From positions 361,770,001-361,834,000 of the forward strand of contig OZ024742.1 in the NCBI GenBank assembly GCA_964016885.1: a stretch of DNA of 64,000 nt. Reading direction: 5' to 3'. Positions 41,990 to 56,829 of the stretch are shown here, piece by piece. The stretch's first letter is position 1, and each line of letters starts with the position of its first letter. This stretch comes from Eledone cirrhosa (lineage: Eukaryota). A program made the translations under genes and the position numbers. Under the pieces are notes generated by a model. It ran no database searches. It had not been told where the DNA came from and was given only the letters and a program-made list of their open reading frames with translations.

Positions 41990-42131
41990 TCAACTCGATA
42001 ACCAAAATTTCTCACTGATTAATATGCCAAAAAGGGAATTAAAAGCAGGCTAGTTCACCATCATGCTAGATTATGAAAATAAAACGCACACGTGGAAAGA
42101 CAGGGCTGGTGACGTCAGAATGAGACGAATG

Positions 42132-42268
<137 letters not shown>

Positions 42269-42408
42269 TTATATATATACATTTATATATATATATATAC
42301 ATTTATATATATATATATATATATACATTTATATATATACATTTATATATAAGTTGTAATAAAATGAAAACGAAATTTCATTTCTCACTCTTAGTACGGC
42401 ACTTACTT

Positions 42409-42468
42409 AAATGTAAGTATGTATGTATACGTACATACACATATGTATACAGACGTACAGTAGCATGC

Positions 42469-42499
<31 letters not shown>

Positions 42500-42782
42500 C
42501 AGGTACACATACATATATGTACGTATCAGTTTAGCGGACGTTTATAACGCCCGCTTTGTCCATTTGTAAACAAACTGACAGCCTGAATTTATGCCGTACG
42601 GTGTTAAGGCAACCACGTCACCTTTAGTACATCGTTCCTGTGTCAGTGCTGAACAAAAAGGTGACGTGGTTGCCTTAACACCGTACGGCATAAATTCAGG
42701 CTGTCAGTTTGTTTACAAACGGACAAAGCGGGCGTTATAATAAACGTCCGCTAAACTGATACGTACATATATGTATGTGTAC

Positions 42783-42837
<55 letters not shown>

Positions 42838-42890
42838 TGCTACTGTACGTCTATATACATATATGTATGTACGTATACATACATACATTT
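42409..42890. repeat. Long inverted repeat (~215-bp arms, ~30-nt spacer), MITE/foldback-like
   Basis: 42409-42625 is the reverse complement of about 42657-42890; embedded in (TA)n. Confidence 0.85.
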
Positions 42891-43433
42891 ATATATATAT
42901 ATATATATAAATATATATACATATATACAAGAAAGTACGTTCATAGAATCATTTGATAAAATATATACAGTATTTCCTCTCCCAATCAGCATAGTCAACC
43001 ACACAAAAATCAATTAAACAAGGCTATAAGATTAAAAGGCACATATGAAGAAACACTAGATAAATAAACGATGGCTATTTTATTCGCGATTAACAGCCAC
43101 AGAATATTTACCCAGTATTTCTAATAGCCTGTGGAAATCGATTAGGTACAAAATCAAAGTTAGAAGAAAATAATGTATATAAGCATACCAAAATTATGTC
43201 TGTACCTCATGAGATTTCATTCGCTTTTTGGAAATATCCGATCAAGGATAAATTCACGAGTTTCGAAATCATCAGGAAACAAACTCAATTTGACAAAGAT
43301 TTTTCTTAAATGATCCCTGATTGTTGATTATTTAATTAATTAATTCGTCATTGAGCCAAATCGTGAATGGTTGCCAAAACCTCATATATATATATATATC
43401 TATGGCTCTGTCTAGTTTATGTATATGTATATG

Positions 43434-43524
<91 letters not shown>

Positions 43525-43527
<3 letters not shown>

Positions 43528-46500
43528 CGAAGAAAATGAAGAAAGAGAAGCAGACCGTTAACATATAATTCATATGGATCTCTTACACATGCTACGCCCA
43601 AGTTGGGCTCGTCGGAGGCTCAGAGGGAGGTAAAAGTTTTAATTATGGACTCTATATGGGTACGAATACAATGTTCACATCAAAATTCATATCGAGTGTT
43701 ACAGAATTAGCTGCTTAGGTTTGTGTACAAAGGGAAGTAATTCCGATGTTAATTTTGGAGTTCTCTGCTAAAATTCATTTCCACTATTATAGGATATTCT
43801 TTTACTCCGCTTGGACTATATACTATATGCTAATTTGATATTCCTTAGTCACGCTACTTTGCAGAGGCACAATTAAGGTATGAATATGAGTACATGGTAA
43901 TATAATGGTCAGTGAGGCTTATGTACAGTCTAATTTAGTATGAGGTAGTATATTCGACAAGGTTACAAACGCCGGAAAAGTAAAGTTGTAGACGTCAGGT
44001 GCTGCATAATCACATGATTATATGCCCAAGGTGTTTAAAAGGCACAATCATCGATCCTGCAGAAATACTCAAGATTTATTCCGTTGGTCTGGAGGAGTAT
44101 GACGAGGCAATTAGGTCCGGACGGATGCAGTGCAACACCCTTCAGAGATGACGGTGGCTGAATAATATTATAGTTCACAGGCTTTTAATTTTTTAGTCCA
44201 CCGTTTTAAGACCAGCCAGGGCGCGGTATAAAAAGCCCTGGTATTATGGTGCCTGGGAGTTATCCGGGGTTCATCTGTAGAACGACTGCTGTAGTCTATG
44301 GCCGCAATTGATGACGGTTTCGGCTCGGTTGTTGATGAGATCAGAGGACGCTTGTACGATATAGTAAAGCTCCATGAGATAGAGTTGGCAGTTCTTCTTG
44401 AAGTTGTAGGGTGTTGCGAGTTTGACAATTTCCCAATGGGTCGAGAAGCTGGGGCTAGTGTTTTTTAAGCTGGTGATGTAATTGGCGAGGGATGTAGAGT
44501 GCCTTAGCTTCCTATTTCTAAAAGAGTGAAGATGTGCTCGAAATCTAGTCTTGAACGAGCCAGAAGTGGCCCCTATGTAGCATTTGACGCGATTGTGGCT
44601 AGTAACTGTACATTTGTAAATAACACTTCTAGTTAGGCATTGGCTCCGTAGTGGACAGTTATCAGGTTCACGACAATTGCAGTGCTTATTGTGGTCACCT
44701 CGGGACCGGCTATTATTAGTACCCACCGCGATACTATTATTAATATTATTATTATTATCGGGACCACAGCTTCGATTGTTGTCGTTAGTATTATCTAAGT
44801 TAAGGACCTACCGCGGTAGCTCGCACCATTGAGGTCCGTATCACAGCCCTCAGTCGTACTACTCAAGCGGCGAGCATGCCGGTAAAGGTTACCGCCAATA
44901 TTGCCGGATGCGGCTAGGGAATCTCTAAGGTTATCCAGTCTGTCGTATTCTCTAAGATTGTCTCTGCTAGGGTGCTGTGTGTTAGTGAACTTGCTGTGGT
45001 TACTTATCGCTATGAGGTCGGCTAGATTAGGTGTAGTGGAGAAGAATATTTTAACGTTATTCTTATTGAGGATTTTTTTGTACTTATGGTTGGTGGGAAG
45101 TTTTTCTCTAAGGCGCCGAAGAAGATTCTAGGTAAGTCGGAGGCCACACTCCGAGAGTAAGGAGGATGGAACCAGAGGACATTACGTTGGCGGTTACGAG
45201 TGGCTGTGGTTTTTCTATGGGCTGCACTGGCCGGGTGACCCTTCCAGTAATTGCTACTATGTTTCTGCCTGGTGAGCATGGAGTGCGTCATGCCTAGGTG
45301 CGCGAGATGTCCGAATGCGGTGGTTCCGTGTCCTCGCGTCGGATTAGGGGGTGTAGGTAGTAGGCCATTACATTTGTTAAGCCTGTAAGCGGGGAATAAT
45401 CAAAGTAGATAGCCTGTGCTAATGTCAACCGGACCATGACAATTTAGTTGCGGTGAACTGGCTGCCCCACTACCTTTGTAATTCGCGTGTGGGCCGTATC
45501 TATTGTTACGATTAGCTATTCTACTATTAGTTACACTAGTGTGGCTCCGGTGTGGTTGGTTATAGGTATGGCTTACTATAACACTAGTGCGAGATGGGGG
45601 TGGTTTTATGCAGTCAGCTTTATGGAGGTAGGAAATCTTACGGTTTTAACCTGAGTCTGCTAATACCCTATTGTAGTATATAGGGGTTGAAGATGTCCTC
45701 ACTAGCAGAAAGCGCGAGATTCTATGGGAGATGCTATAGACTATGGAGTTGAGCGTAGACTTAGGGTGGTTAGAGGCGTAATTGATATAGGATAGAACCT
45801 CACCGGGCTTATGGTATGGTCTGTATGAGCCAGTACTTAATTTTAAGTTAACATCTAGGAAGTTGACTATGTGGTGGTTGAGATCTATAGTTACAGACAG
45901 GCTTAAAGAACTTGTGTATACGTTTGTTAAGATTCTCTATCCTAAGGGGGCTATGGTTCCTAACGGTAAATAGGGCGTCGTCCCTATACACACCTCCTTG
46001 CAGCACAGGGATTTCATCTCTAAGTATGTCCAGGAGGTAAATGCCGACCAGGTCCGTAGCTTGCGCCGAGTCACTAGACCCCATGGTAATATCAAAGTTA
46101 TCGGGCGATTGGTTCTGGTCCATTGGGAACCCTCGAAGTGCATAATAGTTCTCCGCGCAGCCAGTATAATATCAATCTCTTTTTAGTGAGGCTAGTGTTA
46201 GATCTAGCTAGAATAAGGGCTTTATTTAAGAGTACAGGGGAAATGGAGGCATAGTAATTATTTATGTCAAACTGGATGAACTTTAGAGCTGCCTTATCGG
46301 GCAGTTCGGTGAACCATTTAATGACCTGGTCGGTGTTGTTCCAGAGACAAACCTTAGCTTTTCTATTAAGTTCCAGTATGATTCTATCAAGGATCACTTT
46401 ACTAATTTTACCTATATCTGAAGTAGAGGGACATATTAATCTAATAGAAGGGCTTTCATTAAAATTACATTTGTGATTCTTAAGGGAGAATTTAGGTGTC

Positions 46501-46815
46501 ATAGGAACATAGGGGTTAGTATACTTATCTATATCTAAGGCGGTAACAATATCCTTACCTACCTTATTAATGTCGTTTAGAGTACTAATAGGTGTTCTTT
46601 TATAGTTTTTGTTTAATTCGTTTAAATGAATTGTCTGTACCTGCTTACATCCAGTCCATAGAGGTTCTTAGTCTTGCCAGAAGTAACGAAAATGTGCCGG
46701 TCTTTCCTAATCTTGGTGATGAGTGAGTCAAAGGAGGTCAGAAATTGGTTACTGTATCGGCGTTTCTTCTTAAACTTTACATTTTTGATCATGCTAAGTA
46801 AATCTACTTCAATAT
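43525..46815 (-). mobile_element. Decayed Penelope-like element (RT, GIY-YIG, 3' UTR)
   Basis: FIQFDINNYY, FDITMGSSDSAQ, GVYRDD, VLWFHPPYS, CNCREPDNCPL, YIGATSGSFKTRFRAH; decayed HHR-like motif at 43580-43617. Confidence 0.88.
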
Positions 46816-46830
46816 TATATATATATATAT

Positions 46831-47467
<637 letters not shown>

Positions 47468-47599
47468 GTGTGTATAATGGCAGCTATGGTGCTTCCACAG
47501 GCGGTATGCCAAAATTACCACTCAATATTCTTACAGAGCAGAGTGTGAATATTATAAAAAAACGCAAAATCACTGATGCATCTGGACTCAGTTTATTGC

Positions 47600-47639
<40 letters not shown>

Positions 47640-47643
<4 letters not shown>

Positions 47644-47890
47644 ATAATAATAAATTTGAAGACTAAAATCCAAAGAGGGCTCGATAGGGATAAATATATA
47701 TCAAATATATAAGAACCGTAGAGCAAATATTTATTAAATTAACAGATTAAAGTTTAAGCAAAGAATCGCTGCTTTCACCCTTAACGGGATCTTCTGAAAC
47801 TAAAAAAGTTTATTAGTTTCAGAAGATCCCGTTAAGGGTGAAAGCAGCGATTCTTTGCTTAAACTTTAATCTGTTATTTTAATAAATATA
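47640..47890. mobile_element. Fold-back pLTR-like element with HHR-like motifs at 47751-47801 (-) and 47815-47865 (+)
   Basis: agttt-CAGAAGA-tccc/gttaa/gggt-GAAA-gca/gcgattctt/tg-CTT-aaact. Confidence 0.75.
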
Positions 47891-47906
47891 TATATTTTAG
47901 TATATT

Positions 47907-47995
<89 letters not shown>

Positions 47996-48015
47996 CGTAT
48001 AACCATGTCCATTAA

Positions 48016-48051
48016 GAGCTGAGGATCCGCTAAGGTGAAACAATTGTTCTC
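48016..48051 (+). ncRNA. Minimal type I HHR
   Basis: gag-CTGAGGA-tcc/gctaa/ggt-GAAA-C-aatt-GTT-ctc; family copy at 60235-60270 (-). Confidence 0.65.
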
Positions 48052-48598
48052 AGTACGGTGAACTAATTGTTATGTAACCACTTCTATCTATATATATGGT
48101 GGCTGCCAACTCGTTTTCGAGTACGGCCACTACTTTATATCCATGTAGGAGAAACCCTACCGATGCGCTGAACGTGTGTGACTTTTTAGTCCAGCCAGCG
48201 ACTTGAAAACTCTGGTACAAACACTACACTTGTGACAATTATTGACACATAGTGCTGGGCCCATGGTACCATGTGACGGCAAGTGCAGAGAGATCTCCAG
48301 ATATAAAGCAATGCCTGTGCCGTGAAGCTTTTATAGTGAGCAAAGGCACTGCACAGAGCCAGTCCCACACTCTTAACCAAGATGATATTTACCAAAAAGA
48401 AGAACAAGTCAACATCATTGGATACCATCAGGGTGGCAGGTGTTATATCAGAGTTTTCCTTCTCCTAGAATTCTGCCTTGACAAAGGCTAAGGGGTCATC
48501 TCTCCCGTATATATATATATTAACGACCTCTAGACTCACCTGATCAATGAAACAATTGTCAATACCTGAAATAAAACCCCTTGTTACTCTTCATTCTT

Positions 48599-48672
<74 letters not shown>

Positions 48673-48747
48673 TAGAGGGAGAAGCTTTTCTATATTAATA
48701 TATATATATATATATATATAGATAGACAGATATATATATATAAATTT

Positions 48748-48814
<67 letters not shown>

Positions 48815-50295
48815 AATATATATATATATATATAAGTGTGTGTGTATGATGTGTATGTGTCTATGTTGATTTGCTATTCGACAAAGTCTCGTATAGTTAT
48901 ATAGTTACTACGTGAATATGAGCTGTAATGACATTGATAACAACCTTTCATTTATCTAACTTCTCGATAACAACAACAATAATACCTATGAAACTATGTG
49001 TAACTGATACCAACTACTCTTGAAATAATTGTTAAAAATTTCTATTATATTTAATTTCTCACACAACACAATTACCTGCCCTTCATTTCGAATCACGTCT
49101 CATATAAGTTCATAATAATGATCTCTATAAGCTATAATAAAGATCTGTATGGGCTACAATAAAGTCCTGTATAAGCTAGTTACAGCCAGTGTTGAAAATC
49201 AACGATGTATTTGATAATTATCAACTAAACTCTAGCACTGAATTTAATAATAGTTGTCTGTCATGCCAAAATGACTTTCTAAAAAAGAAACTCAATGTTT
49301 CAGCTATTGTGTGATACTTCGAATTATGTAATGATTGGTGATATCTGTAGGATAAAAGTCCTACTTTTATTATTATTAGATCAACATTAAATAGATAAAG
49401 CCTGTAACTAATGTACACACAACACGTTGTATAGAATTCCTGTGCTATTATGTTCGCTTCAGAGTTTTAGATAAACGGACAGACTTTATAGTCGAATTGG
49501 ATGTTAATCACCTAACTCACAAGAAATTAACTGTGGACAGAGTCATCTGTGTGAAACCTTTACACATTGTTATGCAGTAATTTGCAGTAATTTAGAATAA
49601 TTTATAATTAACTGGTTCATTCCTTTATCGAACCTAAAATATTACTCCAGTGTTGAAACACGGAGGTTAGATTAACGGTGATAAATAAACATGACAACGA
49701 AAGATGGTACTCTTGATAATGATGATGATGATGGTGGTAATGGGAAAGTTGATAATGATGATGATGATGATGATGATGATGTTAATTATAACGATGATAC
49801 CGGCGAAGATTTATATGGCTTATTAGTTTAACATTAACAGTTAAGGTGTTCGGCTCCCAATCATATGGTCTTGAGTTCGTTTCCCGGACGGACAGCCACT
49901 TGTGTGATTGAGTAAGGCAGTTGATGATGTTGATGATGGTGATGCCAGCCAAGATAGGAAATGATATTGTAAAACCAGGAACATTATTAGAGCTTAGTGG
50001 TTAGTGTGTTCCGCTTGCAATCGTAAGGTCGTGAGTTCGATTCCCAACTGAAGAAGAAACAAAAAAGCGTTGTGTGGTGTAGGGGTGGGTTGGAGACAGG
50101 TATTTACGTGTCATGGATGGCTGGTTTCCCACAAAACACGCATGACTGAACACATGTATAACCAATTCTGCCAGAATAAACATCAACATGGTACATATAA
50201 TAATATATACGATCTGGATCTTTATGTTCTGAGTTCAAATTCTAAGGAGGCCATGCAATGAGTCATTATTTCGTATTCATTTGTAAATAATTTAT

Positions 50296-50374
<79 letters not shown>

Positions 50375-50449
50375 ATATACTCTTTTACACTTTTACCTGT
50401 TCCAGCCATCCGGCTGAGGCCATGCTGGGGCACCGCCCTTGTTGCTACA

Positions 50450-53400
50450 CATTTTATCTCCAGCCTGTATAGGTTGGCCACTGGTGTAAGAGGGAGTTTG
50501 TTGCTGGTGCCCTTAGGTTTCCCTCGTGCCTTGCTGTGGGCTCATCCGGGATCCTGGATAGCAAGGTGTCGAGATGTTTCTTGAAGACATCCAGCTCCAC
50601 ACCCTGTAGATCTCTCAGATCCCTCGGCAGCTTGTTGAAGAGTTGAGGGCCCTTGAATCCCAGGTTATTGCAATATCTGCTCCTTATTTTAGATGTGGAA
50701 GACGGGACCTTTGGCATCACACAGTGACCTCCTGTTCGACGGTTGGTCCAGCTCCCAATGCCAAAGTTTGGTGCTAGTCCCTCCAGGATTTTCTGCATGT
50801 AGATCACTGCGTATCTCTCCCGTCTTCGTTCCAAGGAGTAGAGGTTCAGTTTCTTTAGCCTCTCCCAGTAGCTTATCCACTTCATCGTGGCAATCCTCTT
50901 GGTGTAGTTTCGCTGGATTGCCTCAAGCTCCGTGGTTAGTTTGACACTATGGGGTGACCACAACTGGGAGCAATAGTCCAGGGAGCTTAGGACAAATGTC
51001 CTCCATAGTGTCAACATGGTGTCTCAGTCTCTTGTCCGGAAAGTCCTCAAGATCCAGCCAGCGAGTCGTCTGCACATTGTCGCCACTTTCATGATGTGTG
51101 AGGAAAAAGATGCATCATCGCTCATGTCTATACCCAGGTCTCGTATCGATTTCGACACGGGGATATCGGTCCCTCCTGGTCCTGCGTAGTTGTGTTGTAC
51201 TATATTTGTGTTTGCAGGTTTGTTTGGAGGTTTGTATTGAAGGGCTTGGAATTTGCCAACATTAAACTGCATGTTGTTTTCTTCCGCCCATTTGTATATG
51301 GCATCCAGATCTTGTGGTAAAAGGGCAGCGTCAGCCGGATTTTTGATTGCCTGTGCTACTTTAGTGTCATCAGCATAGCTAGTGAGAGATGTTGTTATAT
51401 GTACTACAGAGGGCATGTCTGAGAGAGTCACCAAAAACAGTAGTGGTCCCAGTACTGTCCCTTGGGGCATCCCACTTGTTATTGATATATCTTTTGAGAG
51501 GGCCTCGTTTGCTGCGACTGTCTGGCTTCTGTCCTTTAAGAAGTTATGCAGCCACTCACCTACTTTTCCAGTTATGCCGAGTCCGTGTAGTTTGTGACAT
51601 ATCATTCCGTGGTCGACTTTGTCAAAGGCCTTCGCATAGTCAAGATATATCACGTCCACATGTGAGCTGTCTAGCAGTTGTTTCAATACCCAGTCGTAAT
51701 GATGTAGCAGCTGTGTAAGGCAGCTTCTTCCTGGGCGGAAGCCATGCTGCGTGCTAGTCAGGCGGTCATTTTCCTCGAGAAAAATGATCAGCTTCTTTCT
51801 GACGACTCGCTCCATGACCTTACTGATATTGGACGTCAGGGAGACTGGCCTATAGATTTGGCCTCCGCTCTGCTACCTCCTTTATGGATAGGGCATATTG
51901 TGTCTTCTTTCAGCTCCCTGGGTAGTATACCGCTAGCCCAGGAGCTTCTGAAGAGCGTCTTCAGTGGAGTTGCTAAGGCCTGCTTACATGTTTTTAAGAG
52001 GACTGCTGGGAATCCATCAGGTCCAGCAGCTGAGTCTGTTCTAATTTCACCTATGGCGTATACCACATCCTCCTCCGTTATCTCTATGTGGTTGATGATC
52101 GCCATTTCTTCATGTTGTGTTGTGGCATCAAAGAACTCCTCTGGCTTTGTTATTTGCATGTGCCTCAGTGGACATGTGAACACACTTTTGTACTCTTCGT
52201 TCAGTATTTCACATATCTCTTGGGGATTTTTGGTTAATGAACCGTCTGTATGGAAGAGTGGCCCAATCTTGCAGTGTACCGAGGCAGTTTCTTTTGCAAA
52301 TTTAAAGAAAGCTTTAGGGCTTGTTTTAATATTTCTTTCTTTCTCTGCCCTCTCATTTTCATGAGAAAGTTTGAGTGCAATCTCGGTGTCAAGTAGTGCA
52401 CGTTTCAAATAGGATTCCTTCTCGTTTTTTGTTTTCTTGCTGTGCATTCAACTGTTTTGAGAGCTTGGTTCTACGTCTCATAAGGATTTTCCTATCTCTG
52501 GGAATAAGATTTTTGTGTCTGTTTGCCTTTTTCTCTGGGACAAACGTTTTGCATATAGTGTGTATCGTTGTCATGAAGTGTTGAAATTGTGTGGCAGTGT
52601 TTTCGCTCCATATTTGCTTCCGGATTTCTCTCTTAATCTTTTTAAAGTTAGCCTTGTAGAAATTAAGGCTGGATAACGTCCCGGTGCTTCTTGATGGTTG
52701 TGTCTCTGTTGGTTCTCTCGGACCACATATCATTAGTTCTACTAAGTTATGATGCGAGAGAATCGTTGGTGTCACCTTTACATTGTGGATGAGCACTTCG
52801 TTGTTTGTAAAACAGAAGTCCAGGACATTTTCGTCTCTTGTTGAGAGGAGTACTGCTTGTTCATGAACAGCCTGTGTGTCAGGGCCAGCAGGGATTCCGT
52901 CTGTCTCTGTTCTATTGACGTCATTCCAGGGAGGAGGTGGCCCTCAGGCCATTTGACCTTTGTCAGGTTGAAGTCTCCCAGCAGTAGAATGTTGAGACAC
53001 TGGTACAGTTTGTCAAGGACCTCTATTGAGGCTATCCTCAAATTTACCCTCATGACTGGGGGCATCGGGCGGCCGATATGTGACACATATTACTGTCTTT
53101 AGTTGCTTCATATGTACTATCAGTGTGTCACAGACTGAGTTTGAATGTGTCAACAGTACAATTGGTGTGACATCTTCACGGATATACAGAGCAACCCCAC
53201 CATGAGTTCTCTCCTTCCTCTCCGAACGAAATACAGTATATTTCGGTATATGTATCTCTGCATCTGCTATACTGCTTGTCAGGTGCGTTTCGGTTAGTGC
53301 CATGCATAATGCTTGATTGCTTATGGCTAAGTCTCCCAGGTAGGACATTTTACTCATGTTACTGAGTTTCACCAGGCCTCTGACATTCAGCAGCAGCACT

Positions 53401-54581
53401 GGTGTGACTTTTGGGGTGCCAGTAATGGCTGTAGGTATGACACCTGGTCTGGTGTCAGCGGCGACCACTCTGGGTCCCTTAATGGTGGTGGTCTCGAGTG
53501 CTGGTGTGGGTGACCCTGGCTCTGGAGACGATGCAGCCAGGTCAGCTGCCCCACAACCTTCTCTGCCATCACTAAAACATTTTTTTCTGCTCTGCTGCTG
53601 CCATCTGTATCTCGTCGGCATGTGCGTGCCCTCTCCTTGCTGGCGCAGCACGCGCGACATCAGCATACTTGTGGAGCGGCTTGTTTTGGCTCTGGCTGGG
53701 GCAAGTTGCGCAAGTAGAATGGGCATAGTTTGTTTGGGACCTGGGGTGGGCGAATCTGCAGCCCATCCCTGTCTCTCCATGCCAGCAGGTCCTGTTCCTG
53801 AAAAACTTGCACATTACTTGGGCTTTCTTGCTCCCAGTGTCTCGGTGCTTTCTGTTCTTCCTTTGGTCCCTCTGCGCTTGGTTCTCCTTCGGAAGGTGAT
53901 TTCGCTTCTCACCTTTACCGTTTGCTTGTTGGTTGCCCGGCCTGCCTTCCCTGACTGTGGCGGCGGGTATCTCATTTTCTTTCAGGTCCGTGCTTGTGCT
54001 TTCCTCCTTTTCTTTTTCTTTTTCCTCTCCTTTCTCTTCGTTTTTCTCCTCCCCGAGGACACGGCTGAGCATCAACATATGTGGCGCTATGAGAACATAA
54101 ACCTTCTCGATTTCTTTTCTCTTTCTCTCTATCTGTGCCAGGGTCCTCAGAAACCCATGACTCTTCAGGGTCTCCGCAGTCCTTTTGCTTGGTGGTGACC
54201 CATCAGCCAGCATCCACCTCCTGATCAAAACCGCTAGCTCCATCTTTGACCAGTTTCGCTGACTCCTAATTTCACCTTTTCCCTGTATGCAGTCCATTTC
54301 ACTGTGGAGAGGAGAAAGAGAGATAGTGGGAAGGGTAGGGTAGGGTAGAGGTTAGAGAGGGACAGAGAGAGATATAAGTCCAGTGAGAAAATTAAAGGAG
54401 CGAGGGAAAGAGAGAGAGAGCGATCCTGTGCGATCTAGAGAGAGAAAAAGAAACTGAAGAAAGAAAGGAGAGAGAGACAGAAGAGAGGAGCGAGAGAGAT
54501 AGCGGGAAGAGTGGGGGAAAGATTGGAGAGAGAGAGAGGGAGATAAATAAGTCCGGTGAGAAATTCAAGGTGCGATTTAGA

Positions 54582-54654
<73 letters not shown>

Positions 54655-54720
54655 CGTGTGATCTAGAGAGAGAGGAAGGAAGAAGGAGAGAGACAGCGTG
54701 AGAAATAGTAAAGCAGAGAG
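50450..54720 (-). mobile_element. CR1-clade LINE, near full-length and frameshifted
   Basis: ORF1 53572-54297; APE motifs LLLNVRGL, LTETHL, GGVALYIR, GDFN; RT motifs QHGFRPGRSC, LDYAKAFDKV, GMPQGTVLGPLLF, YADD; C-terminal LDYCSQLWSP and LYSLERRR. Confidence 0.92.
53572..54297 (-). pseudogene. LINE ORF1 fragment with CCCH zinc finger
   Basis: CKFFRNRTCWHGETGMGCRFAHP after a K/E-rich segment. Confidence 0.7.
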
Positions 54721-55464
54721 GGAGAATATAGCAACGTGGAGTGGTCAAAGAGAATATTAATAATAAATATCGTTCGAAGAATATTTCGCGATTAAAACAC
54801 CGAAACAAAGTGAAAAACAAACAATATCAACATGAAATATGAAAGGAGATAGAATAAATTAAGATAAAATAAAATAAGATAAATTTAAAATAAATTAAAT
54901 GAATGAAACCCAAATAGGCTAAAGATATAGAAACACGAAGATTTATAGAGGTTGCCTTTAAGCTGATTTCAAATGTAGGTAGGTATCGTTTGCCTACAAA
55001 TATAAATAACGTAGTTATTTAAATATCATTATATCAAAAAACAACAACAAACACACATGCTCACCGAGTCAAAAATAAAAATAAAATTATACTAAATTAT
55101 GTTACTCAAGATAAAACAAAATAATACAAAATCTACTTAAATTAAATTAAATTAAATTGCGTACTAGCTTTCTATACTCTGTATGGTAGACAGAGAAAGA
55201 AAGTAAGCACGTGTGTTTGTTGTTTTTTAGGAGAATATCACACAGTGAAAATAAAAACATTTAAAGCGCTAACATACATAAAATACGTAAAATAATCGCG
55301 TCAAAGCAGAAATACTTATCTTTTTTGTATATTTTCCTTGTTTTCTGAAAAATTACTACAGTATATAACAGCGATTAATGTCGATTTAAAGTTTCAAATC
55401 TCGGCGATCAGGAATGCACGTCCTTCCCAACAAGCTGCCAGCATATATATATATATATATATAT

Positions 55465-55790
<326 letters not shown>

Positions 55791-55864
55791 ATATATAGGA
55801 ACAAAAGGAGGTGTTATATAAGAGATTATATATTATATATATAATGTCTATTGCGTGTTATATA

Positions 55865-56035
55865 TATATAAATAACAGATTAAAGTTTAAGCAAAGTTTC
55901 TTTGATTCTTTGCTTAAACTTTAATCTGTTATTTTAATAAATATTTGCTCTAGGGTTCGTATATATTTGATATATATTTATCTTTATCGAGCCCTGTTTG
56001 GATTTTAGTCTTCACATTTATTATTATTACTATTA
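55865..56035. mobile_element. Short fold-back of the 47640 family
   Basis: aacagattaaagtttaagcaaag / ctttgcttaaactttaatctgtt. Confidence 0.75.
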
Positions 56036-56171
56036 ATATATATATATGTATATATAGTGTATTTTGCAATACACTGTATGCTTAATTAAAAGCATTTCGA
56101 AGAGCTTACGCTATTGTTTTAGAGTAGTGACAGTGTCAGTTACTTCAATTTTCAGCAAACAGGGGAGATAA

Positions 56172-56216
56172 AGCTGACAGAGCTCTGTGTCGTACTTTTT
56201 GGTACTTATCAAAGCT
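56172..56216 (-). ncRNA. Type I HHR (U3:A8) with GAAA changed to GACA
   Basis: Minus strand: agct-TTGATAA-gtac/caaaaa/gtac-GACA-C-agagctct-GTC-agct. Confidence 0.7.
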
Positions 56217-56404
56217 AACTACTCCGCCTGTTTGCTGAAAATTAGAATTGGTGCTCTGAAATAGTGATATATATATGAATGTAAATATAGTGTATTTTGC
56301 AATACACTGTATGCTTAATTAAAGGCATTTCAAAGACCTTACGCTATTGTTTTAGAGTAGTAACAGTGTCACTTATTTCAATTTTCAGCAAACAGGGGAG
56401 ATGA

Positions 56405-56449
56405 AGCTGACAGAGCTCTGTTTCGTACTTTTTGGTACTTATCAAAGCT
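56405..56449 (-). ncRNA. Type I HHR, U3:A8 core
   Basis: Minus strand: agct-TTGATAA-gtac/caaaaa/gtac-GAAA-C-agagctct-GTC-agct. Confidence 0.88.
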
Positions 56450-56829
56450 AACTACACCACCTGTTTGCTGAAAATTATGAATGTTGGATTCTTATAGAAT
56501 TCTAGTAATAATCCGGAACGTTCAAGCAAACATTGAAAATTACAATTGGTGCTCTGAAATAGCGATATATATATGAATGTATATATAGTGTATTTTGCAA
56601 TACACTGTATGCTTAATTAAAAGCATTTCGAAGACCTGGTGGTCATCAGTTTGTCACGGAAGAGTGAGTGGAAAGGAAGGAAGGGGAGACACATGGGAGG
56701 TAGGTTATACTAGGTTGGGGTGGGGCTTATTTGTAAGCTGTTTAGATATCGTTAAAGGAGATTTGCGCTATAAAGAATGAATGAAATAATGAATTATGGT
56801 ATGAGGTTAGTGTTTGAAAACACTATAAA

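Larger units (their letters stand above)
56050..56640 (-). mobile_element. Retrozyme-like tandem array (units of 233 and 298 bp plus a partial unit)
   Basis: agtgtattttgcaatacactgt at 56056, 56289 and 56587; one HHR per complete unit. Confidence 0.82.

Noticed and set aside
48536-48565. CTGATCA-at-GAAAC-aatt-GTC
   Set aside because: No stem II or stem I; at most a truncated remnant
49990-50048. tRNA gene
   Set aside because: A and B boxes are present but no acceptor stem; consistent with a SINE head
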